NCBI RefSeq assembly: GCF_009914755.1
Contig: NC_060928.1
Direction: 5' to 3' (one strand)
Origin: the human T2T-CHM13v2.0 reference genome, Homo sapiens
DNA length: 64,000 nucleotides
The position numbers and the translations under genes are program-made. The notes under the pieces are model-generated. The model was given only the letters and a program-made list of their open reading frames with translations, was not told where the DNA came from and made no database searches. This document shows positions 1 through 13,340 of this stretch, piece after piece. Within the stretch, counting starts at the first letter, position 1, and every line of letters begins with the position of its first letter.

Positions 1-84
1 CAGACAGAGGATGTACCAGAGCTGTAGGTTTTATTTAAAAGCAGTTGAGGATTTAGTACTAGAGCCCAGGGTGGCAGGAGAGCC

Positions 85-316
85 TAGTGGGCAACACATG
101 GACTCTCGAACCTGTGCTTGTATCCCAGTTCTTCTACTTAGCAGTTCTGTGGCTTTGGGTCCTTAGCATCTCTGTGACTCAGTTTCCCCAACTGTAAAAT
201 GGAGATAACAAGAATACCTACTTTCTCATGAGGATTAAATGAACTGAAATAAGTGAAGCTCATAGAACAGTCCCTGGCACACAGTAAGTAACAGGAAAGT
301 GTTAGTTGCTATTATT
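85..316 (+). mobile_element. MIR SINE
   Basis: Core ctcagtttccccaactgtaaaatggagataa...gaggattaaatga...cctggcacacagtaag. Confidence 0.75.
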
Positions 317-1470
317 TTTGTTGTCGTTGATTTCTCCTGCTATTACTGTTGTTCTTTGGAGGAAGGAGACATGATCTGATGCTCTTGCTGTGAGAATGAA
401 GAGCCTAGCATAATAAATAGAGATTCGGCACACACAGAGTTCTAACTGTCAAGCCCTCGCCAGTCGCCCACTTCCCTCCTCCAGCACATCCACAGATACA
501 TGCTTTTAAAGAGAAAGAATTCCTCTGAGACAAAATGTTCCTTTCCTCTTGGTGACCTTGACTGAAGGAGCTGCGGCACACCCTGAAGTGGCCACCTGCT
601 CCTCTTCTCCAATTCTTACCTAATCTCTGGACCAGGAAGTGGAAAGAAAAGCGCAAGAATATTGAAAAACAGTCAAGAGGTTTGTTAAAGACTCTTCTCA
701 AAATAGATCAGAGGCATGCACACATACTCAGGAACTTGGTCAAGTATTTACACGCACCTTCTAAATAAGCTGACTGGTGAATTTTCAAGGAGAATGTAGC
801 TCAGGAGTCATCTATGGATAGCAGTGAGACACTCACCTCTTTTTCACCTCTGGAAACTTTCCACCATCACCTCCTCCACCCCCAGCTCTCTCAGAGTAAC
901 AACAACTTCTTTAAAGAGCCCAGCAAAGTTATTTCTTCAGAGGTTGTTTGGGTTCATCCCATCATGTCCTAATATTTACATTTTGGATACAATTGGTGAA
1001 TATTAATATTTTTTCCAAAGAGCTCAAATAAAATGTTTATTTCATGTTTAAAGTGAAATAAAAAGAAAATCCCTCAATGAGAAGAGTCCCTAGAGGAACA
1101 TTTGAGGTTTGAGAATATTGCTAAGCCCAGGAATATAGAAGGACCCTTTTGGTCAAGTGAGAGGCAGGAGGCTTGGACATGAACAGAACCCCTTCTGAGT
1201 GTGTGATCAAGAAAAGGGGCCCATCTGTGTGGCGTGCGGGCCCATGGGGATGTGTGAGTGTGGGGAGAGAGACTCTTAAATGATGCCACAGTTGATTCCT
1301 GGACTGCCTCAGGGTATAGAACAGAGCTAAAGCAGGGAAAGGAATACCCCCAAAGGCAGCCTCCTTCCTCAGGGTTGTAGAGCAGTGGAGTAGTGGCCGA
1401 CAAGGCTGACCAGGAGTTTACTCTGGCTGCTTCCAGGATGTTATCTGACTCTATTTAGACAATTATTCCT

Positions 1471-1807
1471 TGGTATGGTTTGGCTGTGTGTCCCCACCCA
1501 AATCTTACCTTGAATTGTAATAATCCCCATGTGTCATGGGAGGGACCCAGTGGGAGGTAATGGAATCATGGGGGTGAGTTTTACCCATGCTGTTCTCGTG
1601 ATAGTGAAGATCTGATGGTTTTATAAAAAGAAGTTACCCTGCCCATGCTCTCTTGCCTGCCACCATGTAAGACATGCCTTTCACCTTCCACCATGATTGT
1701 GAGGCCTCCCCAGCCATGTGGAACTGTGAGTCCATTAAACCTTTTTTTATATATAAATTACCATCTTGAGTATGCCTTTGTTAGCAGCATGAGAATGGAC
1801 TAATTCA
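1471..1807 (+). mobile_element. THE1 (MaLR) solo LTR
   Basis: Starts tggtatggtttggctgtg..ccccacccaaatct and ends ggactaattca. Perfect 5-bp TSD TTCCT (1466-1470, 1808-1812). Confidence 0.9.
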
Positions 1808-2384
1808 TTCCTAAAAGAACTCTCCTCCAACTAACCACCTTGGTCACTGATGGGGACTTTCAAGTGCACAGTGAGAAGGGCAGGGGGCTGGGGAGGTGGG
1901 ATCATAGATGTAATCATAGGAGTAGGTACTCAGGTAAGAACTGGAGCAGGTGATTCCAAGGTGAATAGGTGGTGAGTCAGCTGTGTGGAAACTTTTTTAG
2001 GACAATGATTAGGCTAAAAAAAAAAAAAATTCTGGTAATCTTTTTTAAGCTAAAAGTATATTTGTTTATTCAACATTAAATACATGAGTTAAGTACCCAC
2101 TGTGGGCCAAAGATGGTGCCTTAAGCTAACAGTGCACAAAGAAATGGGAAGAGATGCAAGATGGCCATGAATAGAAATGACCTAGGGAAGCACATAAACA
2201 TAATACAGAATGCTTGAAAGAAATTGATGCTGAGATCTGAGAACACAGAGCAACACTGTAATTTTACCCAGGGGTGTCAGGGAAAACGGCTCAGAAGAGT
2301 TGCTATTTAGCTAGATAGTGAAGAAGAATAGGAGCTGGCCAGGCTAAGAAAAGTTAATGATTAAAAATGCAAAACCAGGACTAA

Positions 2385-2582
2385 ATAGTACTGGGTCCAA
2401 ATGATAGTTCAATCATTTACCACATGTAAAACCTTAATCTCTCTGAGCCTTAACTTCCTCATCTATAAAATGGGAATAATTCTGCCCACCTTGTAAAGAG
2501 AATTAAATAAGATGATAGCTGTACAGTTTTGTGCATAGTCTCAGCCCAAAGTAATCATCTGCAAATGGTAGCTATGGTTATT
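2385..2582 (+). mobile_element. MIR SINE
   Basis: cttaatctctctgagccttaacttcctcatctataaaatgggaataat core. Confidence 0.65.
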
Positions 2583-5500
2583 CTTTAGCCCATTTATTCT
2601 GGTCCTGGGCCATTAAAAAAAAGTGGCAAAATGCAACCCTGAGGAATTCCAGACTTCAGGGAGGCCCAAAATTCAAAGAGGTTTTGGTTCACAGGCCTTC
2701 ACCAGCCCTCTGGATAGGCAGAACATGTTGGTAGAGTGAAACGTGCTAGCACAGTGGAATATTCTTGTATCTGGGATTATAAAATATATAGATAAGTTTC
2801 CTTCAGTTCTTAATTTCTGCCCATTCCAGGGCTTTATAACATGAGTCACACCCAGTCTCTAACTCACAAATCCCAATGAGGAAGAAATGAAACGCCAGCC
2901 ACCTTCCCCATGTCTCCACTCCCAGTGGACTGCCCGTCAGTGTCCCACACCTTCCTCATAAGCCAGAGGCTCCCCTGCCCCCCAGCCACACCTTCCTCAT
3001 TTTTTCTGTCCCTTCCTCATATTGAAAAATGTAAGAGGAGGAGGAGGAGGGGAATTCCAGTTTAGTTTAAACAGAACTCAGGGGGAAATGGCATTTGTTT
3101 TCACAAGGAGGAAATAAAGCCTTTTCAGTCACCCTATAAAGTTGCGCTAACATGGGCTCAGCAACCCCTTCATGTTCTCAAACTGTGATGCCCTCAGGTG
3201 TGGAACTTCCCAGGGCTGATGGTTACCAGCTGCTTCTGAAAGCAGCCACTGCTGTGGAGGTAACAGCAAGCTCAGGATACAAGATCTCCTAGGCTTAGGG
3301 CCAGATAAAGGTTTTCTGCTTTTGGAGGACTCTTGTTCCCATGGCTGGCATCCACTGAGAAGAGCCAGTGGGTAACAGAATAGTTAATACAGTGGTTCAA
3401 ATATTTAATTACTATCTGTTTTATCTTATACCATTTGGCCTTATATTGGGCTGTACAAACTCTTAGAAGTGCCCCTTTGCCCAGCTGCCCTCAAGGGCCC
3501 ATCAGGAGGAAAATAACTGGCTAATTCCAGCTCTGGTCATATAGGCTATCTTCTGTGGACATGGAAGGGTGACATGGAAGAGCCCCATTTGAAGATTGGG
3601 GGTACACTTGGAGCTAGAGAGCCACCCATCATATGGAGGAGAAGTGGTCACTCTATCACTTACAATAAAAAAAAAAAAAGATCACACTTTAGTTGGAGAA
3701 CCTGCCTGATTTATCTTTAGAAAGAGGTGGTATGTAAATAAATTCAGTAAATCACAAAGTTGGAGGGGACCCAACTGCTTAAAGTTAGAGAAGAATCTTT
3801 GAAAAAAGGCCAAACCTGTGATTTCCTATATTAAACTATCCCTGGAGCAAGAAAGAAGAGTCTTGCAAAAAAATCAGCTATATTCATTCTTTTCTTCCAT
3901 TTTTTAAAAGGAGAAATTAAATTAAAAGGTCAGTTTTTTACACTGCTCTTAATTGCAATGACTGTATCTTTTTGAATCTTAAAATACTCCCATCACCTTA
4001 CCCTATGGTTGTAACCCTCCTTTCATAAGCTTTTAAAAGAGCTATTACAAGGCTTCAGTGAACTTTGAATTGTTCTAATTTCAACACAGTTTAGAGGCCA
4101 ACAAGCCAAGAGGAGCCTTTCAAAGTAGGAGTGGAGGTTTTCCATAAGGGGAACTGACCTCGGACTTTCTCTGCTTGACCCAGTCTGCACATTTGAGCAT
4201 TCAGTGCCATAATTCTGTCTTTACAATAGTAAAAAGGGAAAGAGAATTATTCTGGTAATTATATTAATCTGTCTCAAAATGATTCCAGGAGCAAAGAAAT
4301 GGATCTGTGAGTGTTCAGAAGCTTGTAAGCTCTGAAACGGTTGAATATGATCAGTCTTTGCAGACATGACAAGCTCTGGTCTTAGTCTTAATGTTAGCAA
4401 TGATTTTTTTTGGTCTCTCTTTTAGAAATTATAACCAGCAGGATCATGGATGTTTGATGTAGCATTCTTTCATCCAGAGCTTTTTAGAAGTTACTAAAGA
4501 ATTAACAAGTGGACTGATTTGCTTCTTAACTGTGCTACAATTCTTTTGGTGGGAAGGCTAATAAAACGAACAGTAACAGGAGCCGTTCATACCAGCAGAC
4601 AAAAATAAATAAATAAAAGAAGAGATACTAAAATAATCTACAGTGATAAATCTCCAAAAATATGGGGGAGATTCATCACTTTTGAGACCTAGTACACAAG
4701 ATATGAGAATTGGTCCAGGATCATATATTTGCATAGCTCTTTAGATTGGTACACCTGGCATCTCATTTAATCCCCTTAAAATCATGCAAGATGGATAGAA
4801 CACTCTTATTCCTCTGTCTCAGCAGGTAAGTAGTATAAGAGTCGTCAGGGTTAAGTAAATAGTTCATGGTCACACAGCTACTAATGGTTGAACCACACTC
4901 GAATCCACATATTCAGACTCCACATCTCTGGTGCTCTTTGCAGTGTGTTTAAGAGTCCCATTCATTTGTTGAAGTACTAGTAAATAATTTCCCAGTTGCC
5001 TAAAAGAGTAAATGGAGTCCCTAACACCAGCTTTAGTGCCGAAAACTCACTTTAAGTATTAGGGGACAAGAGCCCAGTTGATTCTTGCCATTTTTAAGGT
5101 GAAATGAAACTAAAGTATATTCATTATTAATGCAAAGCTCACACAAAAAGCATGTTGTGCTTCAAAGTAGTATTTGGAGGAGGTGTGGTTATTCTTACAA
5201 GGGTACATGCTCAAAGAGTTTTTTTAAACTGCCCATTAATAGTTGCTTTTGGAACCAGATTTCAAACTACAGAATAAAATATTCGCGTGACTTTATATTG
5301 CACCAAGATATTTCTACAAACAAAAAATAGTGTTACCTATCAGACCAGACCTTATTCTATATATCAAACTTCACTTTAGTCTCTATAAAACCAAGTTTAC
5401 TATTCAAGAATGAAAACTGAACATATTTCCCACAGAGGAATGTTTTAAAATGCTTTCACTTGATTGCCTCATTAAAATTAGTGCATTTCCTACCAAGACG

Positions 5501-6021
5501 ACCCTTTTGAAGTGGATACTGCCAATATTTTTATGAAAAAACCGAAAAAAACATTACTTTGCACTGACCCTTGAATAAAACATCCAAAGTCTCTCAATAT
5601 TTCACAAGTAATAGAAAGATGAGGCAGAGCCCATAAAAGAAGAAAATAGGACATCAAGAAATCTAAAACCCACTACCCCTGCAAACAACAGCAGCAGCAA
5701 CAACAACAGATTGATGTCATTCTTAAAAAGATAATCAAAATATGACTAAGTACTCCTCTCTAAATTCCAGGCCAGCCAAAAAGTCTTGATAAATATTGAC
5801 GATTTACCCAATTTCACCTGCATAAAAAGTGTTTTGGTAACAGAATTAAAATCCTGGGTTTTATTCTAGCTGTGAATGTCATGCAGAATGATCTGAAGTA
5901 GCTTTTCCCCCTTTCAGAGAAAAGATGGGATCAGGCAGAAGGTGGATACTACGCACGCCAAAGTCACATGATGCCCCGTATCCTCATGTATCTTCTTTTC
6001 TGTGCCCTTCCTCCTTCACAG

Positions 6022-6100
6022 GCAGCATCGCCGCCATTACCGTGACAGTCATTGCCGTGGTGCTGCTGGTGTTTGGAGTTGCAGCCTACCTAAAAATCAG
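6022..6100 (+). CDS. PARM1: PARM1 penultimate coding exon (transmembrane helix)
   Basis: Polypyrimidine tract and cacAG acceptor (6020-6021), AG|GTGAGA donor at 6101. The 79 nt translate as (G)SIAAITVTVIAVVLLVFGVAAYLKI(R), a hydrophobic TM segment recognised as PARM1. Phase 1 in, phase 2 out, and it joins the next exon in frame. Confidence 0.96.
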
Positions 6101-6919
6101 GTGAGACGCAGCTTACTCTTAAAAAAAAGGGATTCTGTTTTGTTGGGCTCTGGGCTGAGCGCTGTTTTGCTGGATACTTGTTCCTTAATAGGTATCTTAG
6201 CCCTTAGAAATATTGGCAGAGAAGTGAAAAATGGCGGGTGTACTCCTACACCACACAACACAGGTATAGACGTACAGTATCTGAACCTTGGCAAAGTAGA
6301 AGAAGCAAGCTGAGATATACAGCATGATGATGCAATGGAACAAGAATTAACGTGGAGTCGGGAGACTGAAGCCTAGGCTCCCTGCCCCAAATGTACCTCA
6401 TTACCCTGGGAAAGCCACATGCCTCCTAAAACTCACCTATTCTCATCTGTGAAAGGGGGTAGAAGGGTGGGATCGATGGTTCCTAAATTCTGATGTTCTG
6501 AATACTGAACTGTGGATTTGTACCCAATCTGTTAATGAGGTTTTCATTGATTCCAATGCAAAATGTAAAAAATATAAGGAAGGTGTGGCATTTCCTATAA
6601 AACCGTTTTTTCTCCTGAGATTATGTCTTTATATTTTTGGCTTTAAAATATCTTTTCTCCTATGAAATGAAGTGATAGTAGCTGAGATTTTACTTTCTTT
6701 AGCCTAATAGGAAGTTGCAATACTCTGTGAGTCCTCCATTTTTGTTTTCTATTGCTCCGTGAAATCAAGTCTCAACACCACATTACTCACAGTCTCTAAG
6801 TGTCCTTCCAGCTGTAAAATGCCAGATGGCAAGTGACAGTCTTATTTCCTAGTCTGTGCAGTGCCCATAACAAAGGACAGAAAGACACAAGCTGCATGGT
6901 GAGCACACTCACCCTTGAC

Positions 6920-7525
6920 CTCCAATTCGTTCTCCTCCCAGGAGCCAGAACCATTTCTATGCAAGCTCCTCTGCCCTGTCATTCCCTTCCTGAAAAACCC
7001 CAGTGGCTCCCCTTGCACTGAGAATTAAATTGTAACTCCTCAGCGTGGCCCTCAGTCATCCTGGACCGTGCCTGCCTCCCCTTTTCCAATCATCACATCC
7101 CTCTCTCCCTCTGAAGTCCTGAACTTCAGAAACTCCAGCTCCCTCCAATTCTTAGGACACACCAGGTTCTCTGTCCTTCCTTCCCCAGACCCTGCAATCT
7201 TGCTACTTCCTCCATGAGATGCTTGTCTTCTAGCTCCTTCTCATGCTGTGTACATTGGCTTTCATCTCACTTCCTTTGAGAGATGTCCTTTCCAGTTTAG
7301 AGCCCCTGTTATTTACTCTCTTAGTGCCTTGTTAAGTCTATCCTGGATGTGACCACTGTCTATTATTTTATTTTATTGCTATCATTTTGTTTTTGTATAT
7401 GTGTTGCTTGTTTATTGTCTCTTTTCCCCACAAAAAATGTAAGGTCCTTGAGGACCTGGATTTGTCTGTGAGGACACTGCTAGGGACCAAGACGGTGCTT
7501 GATACATTGAACAAATGAGCAGTGA
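6920..7525 (+). mobile_element. L2 LINE 3' fragment
   Basis: Pyrimidine-rich L2 body ending tgtaaggtccttgagg...tgcttgatacattgaacaaatgag. Confidence 0.6.
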
Positions 7526-8457
7526 ACCATAAGGACACACAATCCCATGGGCACTGTGGCGCACACACACAGACACCCCTGACTTGTCCCCCAAGCAGCC
7601 ATGTTTCTTCCTCAAGAGGCTGTGCCACCCTGTCCTTCCCTCCTGCTCTTGACCCCACGTGGAGCTCATGGATATGATTCCTCATCTCAGAGCACATATC
7701 CACTCTGCTGCTGCCTCCTCTCATCCCCACTCGCCACCCAGCCCCACCCAGTGCCCACTGGGAGCACTTCCCTCCTCCTTCCCTTTTATCTCCCTCCATC
7801 TTGTGTTCTAAATGTGCATCAAATCAATCTCGATAATGTCAAGTGTGAGAGTGCCTTGTAATATCACCTGCGTCTACGATACAAAGAACAGGAAAGCCAG
7901 GTTTTGAAGAGAAATTGGAATTAAAGGGCCCGCTTGACCTGTTTCTAATAAAACATTTTATAAAAGCATCCAGAAGTTTCCCCCAGATTTAAAAAAAATA
8001 TTTCTCTTCATTAAGTCTGCATGTCCTTGAGCACTAAACTTAATTTTATAAATTATATCTTACTGAATGATACCTTTTTCCATCTGGTTTAATTATTAGT
8101 TTATTGCTGCAGATACACCGTATTTTAATTACGAGTTAAATTGGCTTTTATGAACTACTCTGGGAACCTCGTTTCCATTTTATAACAAAGTATCTGTTGA
8201 AAAACATGTTCTGCCCCTCCTTCCCAAAAAGGAACTTACACATAAATTTTAGAGTCATTTTAGAATCACCAATGATGAGTTCCTAAGAGGCTACATTATC
8301 AAAAATACGACCTTCACTGAAGTGTGGAGTGAAATAGAAACACTTCCTTCTTGCTACACACTTCCCCAAAATGGTGCTGAAATAACTGGAAGGACTCTTC
8401 CTCTTCACTTTGGCAAGAATTCAAGTTTACCACCTCTAAACCCACACTGGCTATAGG

Positions 8458-8680
8458 CAGGCAGTCTAAAATAGTGATTAACAATTCAGACTCCAGAAGC
8501 AGGGAGCCCTCAGTTCAAATCCTGGCTCTACTACTTCCAGCACTGTGACCTGGGCATGTCACAGAGCACCACTAACCCTCATTTCCCTCACCTGTAAAAT
8601 AAGGGCAGTAGTTTCTACCTTGTAGTGTTGTTTGGAAGCAAGTATATAGCACTGCCAACATCATCATCATCATCAAAGTG
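8458..8680 (+). mobile_element. MIR SINE
   Basis: gttcaaatcctggctctactactt...ctcatttccctcacctgtaaaat. Confidence 0.65.
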
Positions 8681-9816
8681 GTAGACTGGAAGGAGCCCCA
8701 GGAAGACAGTCCTTGATAGATAGCTGTAGAGCGTCAGCCATGTGCCAGGCCACATTAGTGATGTGACACAGTTCTGCCATCACAGTACTTACCATGTTTG
8801 GAAAATTTTGTTAGCAGGCCATTACAATTTGCTCTGATGAGTGCTGATTAAAATTTTATTTTAAGCTATATTTTCCCCAGGCGTTCAGAGCACCAGATAA
8901 ATTAAGTAAATGATTAAATTGAATAAATCATTATTCTTCTTCCCCATACAGCTTCTGTCTCCTAAATGTAGTAAGATATACAGTGGCATAAATATAAGGT
9001 TGCTATTTATCTATTATGCTACTTAAGTTTAAGCACTATAAACTTAAGAATGGATACAGTTATTAGACCCTTAAGGGGTTTCAGAAACCCCCTAAGGAAA
9101 GCCCCTTTCTGCTTCTCTATTAATTATTTTGGTAAAATGATAACATAAGGAGATTAATCGTTGTTATGAATCTTAAGGCTATGCTAAAACCCCTTCAGCT
9201 GTTATTTTGCCAGGTTGTCGGAAAGCCCCATTAATCGTTCATCAAAAATACTTTAATTGACGTGTGTGTGTGCATGTATGTTCCTAAGGATAGGCTTTGC
9301 TTTGGTTGGGAACTTACTCTTCTTTCTTCATCCCAGATTTCTAAAAACAATAACATAACAAAAGATCTGTTTTCTGTGGTCTTTTAGCTTGTTTGGCTGG
9401 AGCAGCGAGTGACTAAAATCACAACCCATAGGGAGCCATTAGCTTCTGACCTGCAACCATGGGATATGGCCCTGGCCCAGCCAAGTTCTCTGCAAATGCA
9501 AGGGGAGAATCTGCTTGAAAAGGCAGCCTCATGATCAGAAAAATAGAATGCTTGGCAAGCTCTGCTAACAATGGGTGGGGACTTTTCACCTTTCTTCCCA
9601 GATCCTCATTTCCTCTAAAGGCATTGTAAACTTAAGAGCCATCTGCTTTTCACACTCCCTTTCTCCAGGGACCCATTACCCCTAGTTTTGTCACAATGAC
9701 CCCTGCCTGGAGAACCACATCTTTTTGTAACCTGAGCCACTTTTGGATGTGACTTATAAAATGAACTGCCCTGAACCCAGGGCCCTTCTTGGTTTATGAT
9801 CCCACCTTTTAACCAG

Positions 9817-10353
<537 letters not shown>

Positions 10354-11322
10354 TGGGGCAAGTTTCTTAATCACTTTGTGCTCAGTTTCTTCATGTAAAA
10401 TGAGACTATAATAATAATAGTACCTAACTCAAGATTGTTACAAAGATTAAATTATGATACATATAAAGGTTCAGTGCCTGGTATGAGGTGAGGATGATGG
10501 AAGGTCAATTACTGTTACTGCTGTAGTTTTTAGAACAGTGCTTAGCAAATAGGGACTCAGTAAACTGGTAACCACCAACACATAGGCTGTGAGGTTGGGA
10601 GCACAGTCTCCATCCTACCATTTCCATTCAGTAGGCGTAGGGATTCAAAGGACAGGGGAGAGAAGGAGGGGGAAGATGGCACAGCAGCTCATTTCCTAAT
10701 TGAATATTGATATGGCGGTCTTCCATGTTCCAGTTTGGCAGTTTCGTTAGTGCTATTCTGAAACGTCTGTGAAGTTGAATCCATGTTACACATTTATAAA
10801 TGGAAACTATCTCTGAGCAGTCTTTATGCCAGGGCTTGTTTGCAACTTTAAAAGAAAGCAAAGGCCCTGTCTACCTTTTGCAGAACTATCTTTAATTAGT
10901 GATGATTGAAGAATGAGATAAGTCTGTTTTGATTTGTTTAAGTTGGCTCAAAACTGTTCAGCCAAGACATAATCTCCCTGCACAGGAGACCGTATCTGCT
11001 AAGACCAGTGATGTGGATGTTGCTGTAATTAGGTGTGCTGGTGACCCAGACAGACTACATGGGCTGTTTTCTTCACAAAAATAAATGCAGTCTTGATTTA
11101 TAGACACAACAGGACCTGTCTTTTAAGACGTCTTGTTAGAAGTCACCTATTTTGCTTTATGTCTTCTAGTGATTGCAGGTTGTACAATTGGATTCCTTCT
11201 GGTTGTTAGAGTAGGCCCAGCCAGCCATAAAGGCCAAGATCTTCTAGAATTTGTTATACACAGTTGACTTTTTCAGGTCACCTTTTGGAGTTCTGTAGGT
11301 CTTGTTTACTCAATTTTCTCCC

Positions 11323-11875
<553 letters not shown>

Positions 11876-12764
11876 AAACACACTCTCTGCTGTACAGTTT
11901 CCCAGATAGATTGCCCTGTTGTTTCATATATGTTTCAGATATGTTGCCCTGTTTCAGATATATTGCCTTTGTAATTTTGAACATGCTGATCCCTCTGTGA
12001 GAGGTGTTTGGTTCACCCCTTTCCCAATCTGGCTAATTTCAAGTCGTCCAGCTCAAGAGAGATCTCCTTTGGGAAGCCTTCATCCACCTTTCCATACTGA
12101 GTTCCTTGCTGTGCATGCTTCCCTCATACCATGTGCTTCCCTGTACTGCAATCAGTGCATTCTCTACCAGTTTTCTCCACTAGAACAATATCAAGTCCTT
12201 GGCAGTACCTGACGTATAGTAGTTGCTTAATGAACATTTATTGGATGAGTTCATGAGTCTGAATAGGAAAGTTTGGGGGTGCAGCAGTAACATTCGTTTA
12301 CTCCTAATCAAGAAGAACCAGGGTTTGGGGAAGGGGAAGCCATGGGAATCTGTTAAACCACACAGATTTTTACTAGCTACGTCGTGACACTGAGCTAGTT
12401 TACAAATAAACAGATGTGCCAATGTGTAGACCTTTTCTGTGATGATTGTCTTCCAATAGTAATGCCATCTGGCAGATAATTTTTTAAATAAACAAATATG
12501 ACCTGCCCCTTCAAAGCAAAGGTAATTATTTCAAGATATGCTTGAAAGTAACAGCTTTTTAAAAGAAACCCAGAGTCTGGAAAAAAAAAGGATTTTAAAA
12601 ATAAATATTTGGAAATATTCCCATCAGTGAGATTTTTGTTTAAAAGATGGAACTGATAGGATTCCTTAGTTGTGATACTCACTCTGCCACTAACTTGCTG
12701 TCGTAACTTTGGGTGAATAAAATAAATTGTAATGATTTCAGTTTTCTTAGCCCCAAAATTGTGG

Positions 12765-12920
12765 TTCACAATATTAATTTCTTAGTTTTGACAAATGTAC
12801 CACAATTATGTATCAACATTAGTGGAAGCTGGGTGAAGGGTATACGGGAAATCTTTGTACTATCTTTGCAGCTTTTCTCTAAATCTAAAATCATTCCAAC
12901 ATACAAAGTTTATTTTTTTT
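12765..12920 (+). mobile_element. Old L1M 3'-end fragment
   Basis: ggaagctgggtgaagggtatacgggaaatctttgtactatctttgcagcttttctctaaatctaaaa, typical of an L1M 3' terminus. Confidence 0.65.
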
Positions 12921-12954
12921 AAATTATGACTCAGTAGCTACCACAAAGATATAT

Positions 12955-13340
12955 TGTTTGCTTTTGCCTCAGGGCCTCTGTACTTGCTGCTCCCTCTGTC
13001 TACACGGTATCCCTCGGTTATCCACATGGCTCATCCGTCATCTCCTCTATGTGTCTGCTCAAAGATGTCTTAGTGAGACCTTCCTGATCATCATATTCAG
13101 AATTACAGTCCCCACCTCCTACTGGGAACTCCTCACCACCCCACCCACTTCTTCTATTTGTTTTCTCCATGGACTTAGTAACATTCACCATGTTATTATT
13201 TGTATATTATTTACTGTGTCTCCCCACGTAGAATGTAAGCTCCCTAAGGACAGGGATTTTGATCTGTTCAGTTTATTAAGGTATCAACCAGGTGCTAGAA
13301 TAGGGCCTGATAGATGGTAAGTTTTCAATGAATACTTAAA
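12955..13340 (+). mobile_element. L2 LINE 3' fragment
   Basis: cctcagggcctctgtacttgctg...tagaatgtaagctccctaaggacaggga...tagaatagggcctgatagatggtaag. Confidence 0.7.

Noticed and set aside
6022-6025. Tandem acceptor cacAG-GCAG (+4 nt)
   Set aside because: Frameshifting, and the first AG after the pyrimidine tract is normally preferred. No supporting evidence.
6002-6313. 103-aa ORF overlapping the TM exon
   Set aside because: Wrong frame. The real coding frame is set by the splice sites and joins the 18302 exon.
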